DNA of 63,746 nucleotides, the filler included, from Octopus bimaculoides (taxonomy: Eukaryota): the NCBI RefSeq assembly GCF_001194135.2. It is 5 parts of 5 records of this genome, joined end to end, with 100 filler letters (N's around TTAATTAATTAA, not from the genome) between each part and the next. Parts side by side here need not be neighbours in the genome. Positions count along the whole stretch, not along the records: positions 1 to 28,001 come from NC_069004.1; 4 more parts are not named here. One strand, given 5' to 3'. The position numbers and the translations under genes are program-made. How positions within the stretch are numbered: position 1 is the first letter of the stretch; every line of letters begins with the position of its first letter. Under the pieces are notes generated by a model that made no database searches, had not been told where the DNA came from, and was given only the letters and a program-made list of their open reading frames with translations. This document shows, piece by piece, positions 12,600 to 24,697 of the stretch.

Positions 12600-13021
12600 C
12601 TGTTCTACTCTAGGCACAAGGTCCGAAATTTGGGGGGGAGGGGACCAGTCGATTAGATCGACCCCAGTGCTTCACTGGTAATTAATCTATCGACCCCGAA
12701 AGGATGAAAGGCAAAGCAGACGTCGGCGGAATTTGAACTCAGAACCTAAAGACAGACGAAATACCGCTAAGCATCTAACCTGGTGTGCTAACGTTTCTAC
12801 CAGCTGGCCGCCTTCACAGGGTTCAAGTATTCTTTTCTTTGTGGGGTGGGGGCCAGTCGATTAGATCGACCGCAGTACGCAACTGGTATTTAATTTATCG
12901 ACGCCGAAAGGATGTAATGCAAAGTCGACCTCGGTGGAATTTGAACTCAGAACGTAGCGGCAGACGAAATGCCGCTAAGCATTTCGCCCGGCGTGCTAAC
13001 GTTTCTGCCAGCTCGCCGCCT
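12600..13021 (-). mobile_element. Two tandem SINE family C copies
   Basis: Copies at about 12600-12812 and 12830-13021, head-to-tail. Confidence 0.85.
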
Positions 13022-13522
13022 TCACAAGGTCCAATTATTGTCAGGCTTGTGACGGTTATTGAGGGAGAAACTTGTGTTCGCCGCTGTCATCTCCATATCA
13101 AGGCAATACGTCTGTCCTTTTTCTTAATGGCATGTCAACTTTAGAGAATTCTTGATTCGAGATATTATCGATCCTTATTTACGAGGGAGAACTGGAAAGT
13201 TCCTGTCTTTAAGGGTATCGTGAAAGGCCTGGTTAGAGGTTTAACCTTCCAAATTCTTTCACAGGGCTTAGAAAAACTGAAGGACCGCTACAATAAGTGT
13301 GTGAATCTGAGAAGGGATTATGTTATAAAAGTCATAATCAACTGACCCTTTTTGTTTCTTTTACCCAAAGCCAGAAGCTTTTCAGTACTCCCTCCTGTGT
13401 AATTGGTTTTAATTGCCAATTGGTAATTATGGAAATGGACGGGGTGACTTTTAATGAATCAACATGTGTGTATGTATGTGTGTATGTATGTATGTATGTA
13501 TGTATGTATGTATGTATGTATG

Positions 13523-14131
13523 TTATTGCTCACTTTTGTTTCAAGGTTTCATTCCAATAGAGAGACAATAGATTTCTAACCTAGATCCAAGGCGCCTTCA
13601 TTGGAATTTCAACATCAACAACAGGTTTTGTATGTATGTATGTATGTATGTATGTATTCTCATGCATATAGTTGCATATCTAGACATGTTCATATATATA
13701 TAAACGATAAACCTCTGGAAAGTTTTACAAATTTTTAGTTCCAGTGATGGATAGGATTTGTAGCTTTCGAATTAGCTTACTTCATTCTGGTTTTGAGAAG
13801 CCTAATATCTCAAGATTGGTATTTAGGCAGTGAGTTACATATCTCAGGGCCCCAATAATTACCGGTATAAACCTGAACTTGTAATCTGGATAGAGCAACT
13901 GCAGATTTCTCAATAGTTCAGCGTAGGTCTTCTCTTTTCCACTGATCTTCAGCTTTATGTTAACATCCGCTGCGCAATTAATTTCCACAACTGTGCGCAG
14001 TTTCTCTTCCTTATCCCAAATCATTTTACCAGGTCTGTTGTGCCTGCATTTTATGAGGGTCATTAATGGGAAATTCCACCAGTACTCCTTCTTATTTTGA
14101 GTGGCTATGGCTTCTACCATACTGTGGGTTC

Positions 14132-14132
<1 letters not shown>
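13523..14132 (-). mobile_element. 3' end of an R4/Dong-like non-LTR retrotransposon (restriction-like endonuclease domain + 3' UTR)
   Basis: EYWWNFP..KCRHNRPG(D)KMIWDKEEKLRTVVEI.CAADVN...KEKTYAEL..FIPVIIGALRY..SITGT.KICKTF has a PD-(D/E)xK RLE layout, with the catalytic D mutated to G. It is flanked on both sides by (TATG)n. Confidence 0.8.
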
Positions 14133-14163
<31 letters not shown>

Positions 14164-14182
14164 GTATGTATGTTAAACTGGT

Positions 14183-14547
14183 GTGGAGGCGCAATGGCCC
14201 AGTGGTTAAGGCAGCGGACTCGCGGTCGTAGGATCGCGTTTTCATTTTCCTGACCGGGCGTTTTGAATGTTTATTGAGCGGAAACACCTAAAAAAGCTCC
14301 ACGAGGCTCCGGCAGGGGATGGTGGCGAACCCTGCTGTACTCTTCCACCACAACTTTCTCTCATTCTTACTTCCTGTTTCTGTTGTGCGTGTAATTCAAA
14401 GGGTCATCCTTGTCACACTGTGTCACGCTGAATATCCCCGAGAACTACGTTACGGGTACACGTGTCTGTGGAGTGCTCAGCCACTTGCACGTTAATTTCA
14501 CGAGCAGGCTGTTCCGTTGATCGGATCAACTGGAGCCCTCGTTGCCG
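14183..14547 (+). mobile_element. tRNA-derived SINE, family D
   Basis: TGGCCCAGTGG A box; near-identical to 53077-53462 and to the reverse complement of 34341-34700. Truncated by a gap. Confidence 0.9.
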
Positions 14548-15470
14548 NNNNNNNNNNNNNNNNNNNNNNNNNNNNNNNNNNNNNNNNNNNNNNNNNNNNN
14601 NNNNNNNNNNNNNNNNNNNNNNNNNNNNNNNNNNNNNNNNNNNNNNNNNNNNNNNNNNNNNNNNNNNNNNNNNNNNNNNNNNNNNNNNNNNNNNNNNNNN
14701 NNNNNNNNNNNNNNNNNNNNNNNNNNNNNNNNNNNNNNNNNNNNNNNNNNNNNNNNNNNNNNNNNNNNNNNNNNNNNNNNNNNNNNNNNNNNNNNNNNNN
14801 NNNNNNNNNNNNNNNNNNNNNNNNNNNNNNNNNNNNNNNNNNNNNNNNNNNNNNNNNNNNNNNNNNNNNNNNNNNNNNNNNNNNNNNNNNNNNNNNNNNN
14901 NNNNNNNNNNNNNNNNNNNNNNNNNNNNNNNNNNNNNNNNNNNNNNNNNNNNNNNNNNNNNNNNNNNNNNNNNNNNNNNNNNNNNNNNNNNNNNNNNNNN
15001 NNNNNNNNNNNNNNNNNNNNNNNNNNNNNNNNNNNNNNNNNNNNNNNNNNNNNNNNNNNNNNNNNNNNNNNNNNNNNNNNNNNNNNNNNNNNNNNNNNNN
15101 NNNNNNNNNNNNNNNNNNNNNNNNNNNNNNNNNNNNNNNNNNNNNNNNNNNNNNNNNNNNNNNNNNNNNNNNNNNNNNNNNNNNNNNNNNNNNNNNNNNN
15201 NNNNNNNNNNNNNNNNNNNNNNNNNNNNNNNNNNNNNNNNNNNNNNNNNNNNNNNNNNNNNNNNNNNNNNNNNNNNNNNNNNNNNNNNNNNNNNNNNNNN
15301 NNNNNNNNNNNNNNNNNNNNNNNNNNNNNNNNNNNNNNNNNNNNNNNNNNNNNNNNNNNNNNNNNNNNNNNNNNNNNNNNNNNNNNNNNATATATATACA
15401 TTTACGTATATATAAGGCACTAAAAGAGAATTGACTCTCTCCAGACACAACAGTATATATATATGTATAG

Positions 15471-15552
<82 letters not shown>

Positions 15553-15559
15553 GTAGCTT

Positions 15560-15615
<56 letters not shown>

Positions 15616-15744
15616 CACTCATACATGTCATATGTATATACAATATGTATATGTATAGTATATGTGTATGCTTATTTGTGTGCGAGAGTGTGTGTGTGAG
15701 TGAGTGTGTTTATGTGAGTTTATGTATATGCGTACGTACGTCCG

Positions 15745-15778
<34 letters not shown>

Positions 15779-16032
15779 TGTATGTATGCATGAATGTAAA
15801 TTTAATCGATATATCTAGTTAGTTGTGATGTATCAACTATTTTTTCACATTTCAAAAGCTGCTTCAAGCTTCACTCTAGCTTGCAGGAGCTCAACACAAA
15901 TCTACACAAATTACGACAAACTTGTTAACTCGAAATGTAAGCTGGTGAGATATTAGAATTTTGATCTTATGTTGTAAAATCACGTTACAATATTTAAAAA
16001 CCTGTAAACCCTCTGCATAGTATACACAGTAT

Positions 16033-16080
<48 letters not shown>

Positions 16081-16690
16081 TTATATATGTGTATGTGTGC
16101 ACATATGCATATACATATATATAAATACACATATACATATATATATATATGTATATGTATATATGTATATATATATANNNNNNNNNNNNNNNNNNNNNNN
16201 NNNNNNNNNNNNNNNNNNNNNNNNNNNNNNNNNNNNNNNNNNNNNNNNNNNNNNNNNNNNNNNNNNNNNNNNNNNNNNNNNNNNNNNNNNNNNNNNNNNN
16301 NNNNNNNNNNNNNNNNNNNNNNNNNNNNNNNNNNNNNNNNNNNNNNNNNNNNNNNNNNNNNNNNNNNNNNNNNNNNNNNNNNNNNNNNNNNNNNNNNNNN
16401 NNNNNNNNNNNNNNNNNNNNNNNNNNNNNNNNNNNNNNNNNNNNNNNNNNNNNNNNNNNNNNNNNNNNNNNNNNNNNNNNNNNNNNNNNNNNNNNNNNNN
16501 NNNNNNNNNNNNNNNNNNNNNNNNNNNNNNNTATAAACACACTCATATACACATACATATATACATATACATATATACATATACATATATACAAAACACA
16601 CACTCATATATATACATATATATATATATACACACATATACATATTCATGTGCGTGTTTGTGTGCGTGTTTGTGTGCGCGTATGTGTGTG

Positions 16691-16735
<45 letters not shown>

Positions 16736-17079
16736 GTGTGTGTGTGTGCGTGTGTGTGTCCTTTCTTCTTAACAGGAATTCTGAATGCTGATAACATCAG
16801 CTGTAAGGTTGTCACTGCCAATTAGTGTTGAATGTGTGCTTTAGAATGTTCCAGTAACTCCGGCAGTCTGCAAATAGGTATCTTAGGTGAAAATAGCTAA
16901 CCAGTTTACGATGTTCACGTCAAGTCTTTATGGCTTACATGTAACTAATGCTATCAACAATTCATAAAAGTACTGGCACTTCTGGTGCCATTGAAGACAA
17001 CGCGGGAGAATACGAAAATTGCATTTGTGGTTATCCAATTGATTTAATGTTCTCTCCTGTTAAACTCTCTTAATACTAT

Positions 17080-17270
17080 TCTTCCCACTTGGGAAATGGG
17101 GCTTCAACGATTATACTCCATACAGATCGGTTCTTAGTAACTGTCTGTGCCTTGTTTTATCTAAAATTCTATTCTCTTGTCTCATCATTCAGCTGTTGTA
17201 CGCCAGAAGCTTTTTGAGTAACATGGTTTCCGCTTTCCAGCTGGTCTCCATCTTACGGTTATTTGTAGTT
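17080..17270 (-). mobile_element. RTE-like LINE 3' remnant
   Basis: Minus translation ..TKNRSVWSIIVEAPFPKW.. resembles the RTE C-terminus (A.DR..WR..VEA.C). Confidence 0.4.
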
Positions 17271-17274
17271 TCCT

Positions 17275-17495
17275 GCCTCTCAATGTTACCGTTGGTATCT
17301 TGTCCCTTTTAACTATACCTCTGTTATCCTGCTTCCGTTAACGCTACCTTTGGTATTCAGTCCTTCTTAAAACTACCTTTGGTATTCCCCTCTTCACGTT
17401 ACGAGTGGTATACAGCCTCTCTTAACACTACTTACGGTATCCTGACCCTCTTAACGGTACATTTGGTATCCTCTCCATCTTAACACCCTCTTTAG
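17275..17495. repeat. Degenerate 29-bp minisatellite (~7 units)
   Basis: The G(G/T)TAT anchor recurs at about 17294, 17323, 17352, 17381, 17407, 17436 and 17465. Unit is approximately TTAACNCTACCTTTGGTATCCTNNCCCTC. Confidence 0.75.
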
Positions 17496-17786
17496 AAAGC
17501 GTCCTAGTCCGTTCTAAATGTGCTGCCTAACCAGCTGAACCAGCGGCGCTTTCTTTCAAGGACCGTACTGTTTCACGCAGCCCTGCGCTGCACTTCCCCG
17601 TTTTGATTCTTCTAAAAGACATAATGGAATTAAATTTCTGTTCTTTGAACCCGTATCATGCAACTTGAGAATGAATCAGTGAATCGGGGATCATACAATT
17701 CTTGTCGAATAAATTCTATCAATTTTTAATCTACCCTAGGGCGGCTATTAACTCAGTACGCTTCAAGGTTTAAGATTATCTTTATT

Positions 17787-18005
17787 AGGCGGCGGGCTGA
17801 CTAAATCGTTAGCACACAGGGCAAGATGCTTTGCGGCATTTCGTCTGACTTTACATTCTACGTGTAAATTCCGCTGAGGTAGACTTTGCCTTTCATCCTT
17901 TTGGAGTCGATAAATTAAGTAGCAGTGAAACACTGGGGTCGATGTAATCGACTAGTCCCTGCCCGCAATATTCCAGTCCTTGTGCCTTTCGTAGAAGAGA
18001 AAAGG
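17787..18005 (+). mobile_element. SINE family C, tail type 1, followed by (ATT)n
   Basis: Head, body and ..CTTGTGCCT..GTAGAA tail. Confidence 0.8.
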
Positions 18006-18036
18006 ATTATTATTATCATTATTATCATTATTATTA

Positions 18037-18084
<48 letters not shown>

Positions 18085-18085
<1 letters not shown>

Positions 18086-18393
18086 GTGAGAGAGCAGTGC
18101 ATGCCATCAAAGTGACACTGGGGCAAAATATACGAAGCCCAATATACCCATCATGACTACCCGTCTGCTAAGGGCACACTAGGCACATGCATCACAACCA
18201 TATGTGCGCGACAAGGTGATCTCATATATGAAGATAAACAGCGCATGACCTCACAGGTAGGGCCCAGTTAGAATTTTCTTCAGGTCGAGTAGTCCATCCC
18301 GCTCAAAAGGTCCCTGAATAAGGTTTGTTTAAGGATGTTGAGCAAAACACCCATGTTTCCAAAAGTGAATTATTCAAACCCCAAAAATTCCTC
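18085..18393 (-). mobile_element. Unclassified interspersed repeat (retroposon 3' segment ending in (AAT)n)
   Basis: Its end TTATTCAAACCCCAAAAATTCCTC overlaps the start of the segment at 43563-43735 (TTATTCAAACCCTAAAGAATCCCTC), implying one dispersed family. Confidence 0.5.
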
Positions 18394-18546
18394 GGAGCCT
18401 TGCATGCGTAGCGGGCTTGATACCTGCGGCCTACGGTAACATTCTATCCATTCTTTTCAGCTATCTAATACTTTCCTAGTTATTCTGGCCGTGCCAAGGA
18501 GGCAAAACTTTTGTAACGTCTCTACTGGACACTCTATTCCAATTTC

Positions 18547-18547
<1 letters not shown>
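18394..18547 (-). mobile_element. 3' end of an R4/Dong-like LINE
   Basis: Minus translation IGIECPVETLQKFCLLGTARITRKVLDS* (stop at 18457-18459); abuts (AAT)n. Confidence 0.7.
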
Positions 18548-18598
<51 letters not shown>

Positions 18599-18616
18599 TA
18601 ATTAATTAATTAATTA

Positions 18617-18840
18617 AGGCAGTGAACAGGCAGAATCGTTGGCACGCTGGGTGAAATACTTAGTGGTATTCCTTCCGTCTTTACGTCCTGAGTTCAAATT
18701 CTACCGAGGTCGACTTTGCCTTTCATCCTTTTGGGGGTCGATAAATTAAGTACCAGATGCGTACTGGGTTCGATCTAATCGACTGGCCCCACCCCACCAA
18801 ATTTCGGGCCTTGTGCCTAGAGTAGAAAAGATTATTATTA

Positions 18841-18875
<35 letters not shown>

Positions 18876-19152
18876 GTTGTTGTTGTTGTTGTTGTTGTTG
18901 TGATTATTATTATTATTAAGGCGATGAGCTTGGTTGTATCGTTAGCACGCTGGACGAAATGCTTAGCGGTATTTCACCCGTCACCATGTTCTGAGTTCAA
19001 ATGCCGCCGAGGTCGAATTTGCCTTTCATCCTTTCGGGATCGATTAAATAAGTACCAGTTACGCACTGGATCCATATAATCGACTTAATCCCTTTGTCTG
19101 TCCTTGTTTGTCCCCTCTATGTTTAGCCCCTTGTGGGCAATAAAGAAATAAG
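18617..19152 (+). mobile_element. Two tandem SINE family C copies (tail 1, then tail 2) separated by (ATT)/(GTT)n
   Basis: Copies at about 18617-18830 and 18919-19152. Confidence 0.85.
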
Positions 19153-19790
19153 AAACGAAAATTTTAGAAAAAATAAGTATATGAGCAGAAATGCAACCGG
19201 TGAGTGTGTTAATTAATAAGGCATCGAAACAGAATGACTCTTCCCCAGACATAACAATATATATATATATATATAATTTATGTGTATATCCTGGTATGTC
19301 TGTCAGAATATTTTATGTATAAACGATAGCTATGAATATATGAGTGAATATTATAACGTATAGTAATGAATAAATATAACTATAGACATGAATAACGACA
19401 CATATACAAAAGCATGTGGGAGGTTGATAACATTTTATGATTAATAATAAGTATGTATGCGTGTATATGCATGGGTGTGTGTATATCATCTGCTGCATAT
19501 ATATACATATATACACATACATACATACATACATACATACACCGATACATACATACATACAATACATACATACATACACACAGTGTATACATACACATGT
19601 GCTTATATATATAGACGTGAAGCATATGGCGAAGTGTGACTTTTGTAGGAATGTAATATTGCGCAGACATATATAATAACAAATATATGTAATTTTGTGC
19701 TTAAATACAAGTATATAATTTAAAAATCAATAAACAGTTTACTCGTTGACAGCTGTATAAACAAACGACATCTGTAATCGATAATCATAC

Positions 19791-20003
19791 TTAGTTGTAC
19801 AGTTTATAACTGACTTTAATTCGAGACAAATATTGATTTCCTTTGGTGAAGAACAAAGCCGATAATTTTGAGGACGCGTTGGGGTTTCCGTTCTGTTGCA
19901 TGACTGGATGTTGTTTTAGTGACCTCTGTGAGCTGAGAGTTAATGACGAGACTGAACTGTCTGAGCTGTTCGGTGGGTGTTTTATTATTTCTACTTTTTT
20001 CAT
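19791..20003 (-). pseudogene. Highly decayed mariner transposase C-terminus
   Basis: EIIKHPPNSSD (cf. EVL.HPPYSPD) and LSALFFTKGNQYLSRIK (cf. L..FF.SK...FY.RGI). Confidence 0.5.
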
Positions 20004-21232
20004 TTGATTTTCCGTTTCTAGGTCTAAAAACGAAAAAAAAAAAAGAAAAAAATATTAATGGCAATTACTGAATACTGGTTCAAGGTTACTTTTTTGTGAA
20101 AGAAGTGAAGAATATATATATGTATGCGCGTGTGTGCTTGCGTGTCTGTATATATATATATATATNNNNNNNNNNNNNNNNNNNNNNNNNNNNNNNNNNN
20201 NNNNNNNNNNNNNNNNNNNNNNNNNNNNNNNNNNNNNNNNNNNNNNNNNNNNNNNNNNNNNNNNNNNNNNNNNNNNNNNNNNNNNNNNNNNNNNNNNNNN
20301 NNNNNNNNNNNNNNNNNNNNNNNNNNNNNNNNNNNNNNNNNNNNNNNNNNNNNNNNNNNNNNNNNNNNNNNNNNNNNNNNNNNNNNNNNNNNNNNNNNNN
20401 NNNNNNNNNNNNNNNNNNNNNNNNNNNNNNNNNNNNNNNNNNNNNNNNNNNNNNNNNNNNNNNNNNNNNNNNNNNNNNNNNNNNNNNNNNNNNNNNNNNN
20501 NNNNNNNNNNNNNNNNNNNNNNNNNNNNNNNNNNNNNNNNNNNNNNNNNNNNNNNNNNNNNNNNNNNNNNNNNNNNNNNNNNNNNNNNNNNNNNNNNNNN
20601 NNNNNNNNNNNNNNNNNNNNNNNNNNNNNNNNNNNNNNNNNNNNNNNNNNNNNNNNNNNNNNNNNNNNNNNNNNNNNNNNNNNNNNNNNNNNNNNNNNNN
20701 NNNNNNNNNNNNNNNNNNNNNNNNNNNNNNNNNNNNNNNNNNNNNNNNNNNNNNNNNNNNNNNNNNNNNNNNNNNNNNNNNNNNNNNNNNNNNNNNNNNN
20801 NNNNNNNNNNNNNNNNNNNNNNNNNNNNNNNNNNNNNNNNNNNNNNNNNNNNNNNNNNNNNNNNNNNNNNNNNNNNNNNNNNNNNNNNNNNNNNNNNNNN
20901 NNNNNNNNNNNNNNNNNNNNNNNNNNNNNNNNNNNNNNNNNNNNNNNNNNNNNNNNNNNNNNNNNNNNNNNNNNNNNNNNNNNNNNNNNNNNNNNNNNNN
21001 NNNNNNNNNNNNNNNNNNNNATATATATTGTGAAAATATGTGGAAAACATATATAAAAAAAGGGGGAAGAGAAATGCCTTCATTTCACATAGTTTTAATA
21101 TCTTTATATAAAAAAAAATACATATGTTATGGATGGTAAAAGTCTCATAAAATGTAGCGATATACAACCGGTTTTCGCTATTTAAATTAGCTTTTTCAAG
21201 GGATATTGTGAAGTGATAATTCCTTTAGACAA

Positions 21233-22098
21233 GGAATTGCGCCATTTGGGATTTCTTTGAGAGAATGGATAAAGAGGGGCAATATGTGGCACGTGAAACA
21301 ATTACCTTGTCGGCATTATTGAATATGAGATGAGAAGTAATTTCTACAGGAAATATGAAAAAATAATAATAATTGCAATTTTGTAAAATTGTGAAAAAGG
21401 AAATTGAAATGTACAAAAAGTCTCTTTCAGTTCATAATATATACTAGAGGTATGTTTATTTGTTAATTTGTGTGTAATTTATAATGCTAGTTCCTCATTT
21501 TGTCGATATTGAATTATTATAGACAAAGGAAAAATCCTTTTATTTTTCTGTAGTTTCAGCTCATAGCTGCTGCTGCCATGCTGATGCAACGCCGTTTTGC
21601 TGCACTGTTATTACTGAAAGCTTCCTCCAATATGTGACACTTGGTGAAGAATGGAGTTTGATGTAGCTACCCTCATTTGAACCTCTTGCCTTGGTCAATA
21701 TAATGTAATATAAATTAAATAAGCCAAAGAAATATGTATATATATGTATGTATGGCCAATAAATTGAGGGGAAAGTGTTACAATTCAGGTTTACATTTTG
21801 ACTTTCTATTTTTATTTTTATTTTTATTTTTAAAGAATGTGTAGGGCGCAGGTAGTCAAGTTTGTATATTAAGATGTGGTTTGTACTTTTTGTATATTCA
21901 ATTTCAATTTCCTTTTTCACAATTTTTCAAAATTGCAATTATCATTATTTTTTTCACATTTCCTGTAGAAACTATCTCTCATATCATATTCAGTAATGCT
22001 GAGGAGGTAGTTGTCCCTCCTTGCCACCTATTGCTTCCCTTTATCCACTCTCTTCACTCAAATTTACTTCTCAAAGAAATCCAAAATGGCGTGATTCC
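21233..22098. mobile_element. Non-autonomous DNA element with ~190-210 bp terminal inverted repeats
   Basis: 21233-21421 is the reverse complement of 21885-22098, with scattered mismatches and a ~15-bp indel. TTAA lies just outside the right end (22099-22102). Confidence 0.8.
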
Positions 22099-22229
22099 TT
22101 AATGGCATGCAGCACCATTAAAAAACGACCACAACATCCATTTCTACAAGCGATACAACCAACAACTACGATAACCACAACAGCGACCACTACTGCTAAC
22201 GATTAACCACTGGTACTATTACGTTGTTT

Positions 22230-22450
22230 CCTTGAGCAAGACACTCAGCTGTCAAAAATAAGTTGCAAAATGTACTTCGAGGGAGCAGCTTTGTCATATT
22301 CAGTGTCATGCTGAATCTCCCTCAGGACTACATTAAGGGCACGCATGTGTGTGGAATCCTCAGCCACTTGCATGTTAAATTCATGAGAAGGCTGTTCTGT
22401 TGACCGGGTCAACTGGAACCCTCGTGGTCGTTACCGACGGAACGCCGGTC
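22230..22450 (+). mobile_element. SINE family D, 3' part (degenerate)
   Basis: GCTGAATCTCCC..CTCAGCCACTTGCA.GTTAA..AACTGGAACCCTCG matches the D tail. Confidence 0.7.
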
Positions 22451-22737
22451 TAATGACAGTCACCACGACCACCACCACCACCGCCAACAACAATCAACAA
22501 CAGCTATATGCACCACCGTTAACAAGAACAGCTACTACAATCACAACACCACCACTACTAACAACAGCCACAACAACAACAGCCTCTTAACCACAACCAC
22601 CTGTCGCTTCTCGGATAATATTGATTTCTAATAAAAGACAAGGCCAAATACATCAGACGATGGAGAGCACACATGGTTTCATTAATGTGACCCCAATCCT
22701 AGATTGATTACGCATTAATATTACTAATATTATCAAG

Positions 22738-22980
22738 GCAACAAGCAGGCAGAATCGTTAGCACGCCGGGCGAAATGCTTAGCGGTATTTCGTCTGTGGC
22801 TACGTTCTGAGTTCAAATTCCGCCAATGTCAACTTTGCCTTTCATGCTTTCGAGGTCGATTAAATAAGTACCAATTACTCACTGGGATCGATGAAATCGG
22901 CTTAATCCCTTCCCCAAAATTTGAGGACTTGTGCTTCCAGTAGAAAGAATTATCATTATTATTATTATTATTATTATTAT

Positions 22981-23015
<35 letters not shown>

Positions 23016-23220
23016 AGCGGCGAGATGGAAGAATCGTTAGCGCGCTGGTCGAAATGCTTAGTGGTATTTCACTTGTCTCTGCGTTCAAATTCCGCCGAGT
23101 TCGACTTTGCCTTTCATACTTTTGGGGTCGATAATTTAAGTACCATTTGTGTATTGGGATCGACATAATTGATTGGGCCCCTCCCCGAAATTTCAGACCT
23201 GGTGCCTATAGTAGAAAAGA
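22738..23220 (+). mobile_element. Two tandem SINE family C copies separated by (ATT)/(AGT)n
   Basis: Copies at about 22738-22950 and 23016-23220. Confidence 0.85.
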
Positions 23221-23228
23221 TGATGATG

Positions 23229-23295
<67 letters not shown>

Positions 23296-23544
23296 GTTTG
23301 ACTTTTGCTTTGTATTTTGTCAAGAAGAGGAAAGAGGGGGTGGGGTGGACAGCAGGAACAAAATGGTCAAAGAGGTGAACACAATAGCCGCTGCTACCGC
23401 TGTCGTCAAGGCACGACCAGTCGCCGTTCGAGGAATAGCCGAGGATTCATGAAACGGAATTATCTCATCCTTTGTCTTCTTCAGTACCAAAAGCTGATGG
23501 TGATTATAAAGCCAGAATGTTTTCGCGATTAGCAAACGACCAAT

Positions 23545-23870
23545 CAGCAAGCGACTGGTACTCTGTCGCTTACAACGTCGAGGGTTCTAGTTTATTCGAT
23601 CAACGGAACAACCTGCTCGTGAGTTTAATGTGTAAGTGGTTGAGTATTCCACAGACATGCGTATCCTTAACGTAGTTCTGAGAGAGATTCAAACGTGACG
23701 CAGAGTGCGACAAGGCTGATTCTTTTGAAACACAACTTATTTTTGCCAGCTCAGCGAACTGAAGCAACGTGAAATCAAGTTATTGCTCAAGGACGCAACG
23801 CAACGTCGGGAATCGAACTCTTGACCTTCCGACTGTGAGCCGAATACTCTAGCCACCAAGCCACGTGCAA
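23545..23870 (-). mobile_element. tRNA-derived SINE with a D-type 3' tail
   Basis: Reverse complement of the D tail plus GGGAATCGAACTC (B box) and AGCCACCAAGCCAC (A box). Confidence 0.75.
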
Positions 23871-24535
23871 ACAGCAGTAACGACCTATAATCTTGTGGTT
23901 ATGCGGTGGTAATGTGGGCCAGAGAATAGTGGGAAGCCCTTATGAAAATATAAAGAGGAGAAAGAACTGACCCTACAGAAAAGGTAAATAACAGGACCGA
24001 AGTGTACCCTATTCCAAAATAGTGCGGAAATTATACTGAACTAGCAAAGGAAAGCAATGTCCTAATAAAGGAGAAATCAAATGCTGAGCTATCCGAGAGG
24101 GAGACGGGAAATGGAAACCAGGGGCTTTTAAGCGATAGAGTGTTTACGAATCAAGTGCCAGAGGGATTATGTCACAGTGATTGAAAGGTCCACCAGGGCT
24201 CGGCTAAAGTTGAAAGGTGTCATGGGTAATTATAGAGTACCCAGTTTTCTGTAAATGTTAGATGCACGCGGTTCTTTCATGTGGGGCTCTGATCCTATCC
24301 GGCTTCTGACCCCTGTATGGATATGGTCCTCTTATACGTATCTATCTTTATTTGGGCTGTGTTGAAAAGACAACGAACCTAACTACATAACAATTTTGCA
24401 TGCACCCGTAACACACAAACACCAACACAGACAAACACATATACGCATACATATATACATACATAGATTTACATATATATATACATATCTATATATACAT
24501 ATGTACATACATTTATACACAAACACACACACAAA

Positions 24536-24697
<162 letters not shown>

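Noticed and set aside
13551-13607. CCAATGA...GAAA in the R4-like 3' UTR as a fifth hammerhead
   Set aside because: The core deviates at two invariant positions and stems II and III do not close properly. Treated as an ordinary 3' UTR hairpin.
16776-16802. 27-nt symmetric micro-exon candidate (..TTAACAG|GAATTC..AGCT|GTAAGG)
   Set aside because: Such signal pairs are expected by chance in 64 kb of AT-rich DNA, and there is no supporting partner exon.
17275-17495. CRISPR array or prokaryotic system
   Set aside because: No repeat-spacer structure or cas genes anywhere; the window is eukaryotic repetitive DNA.
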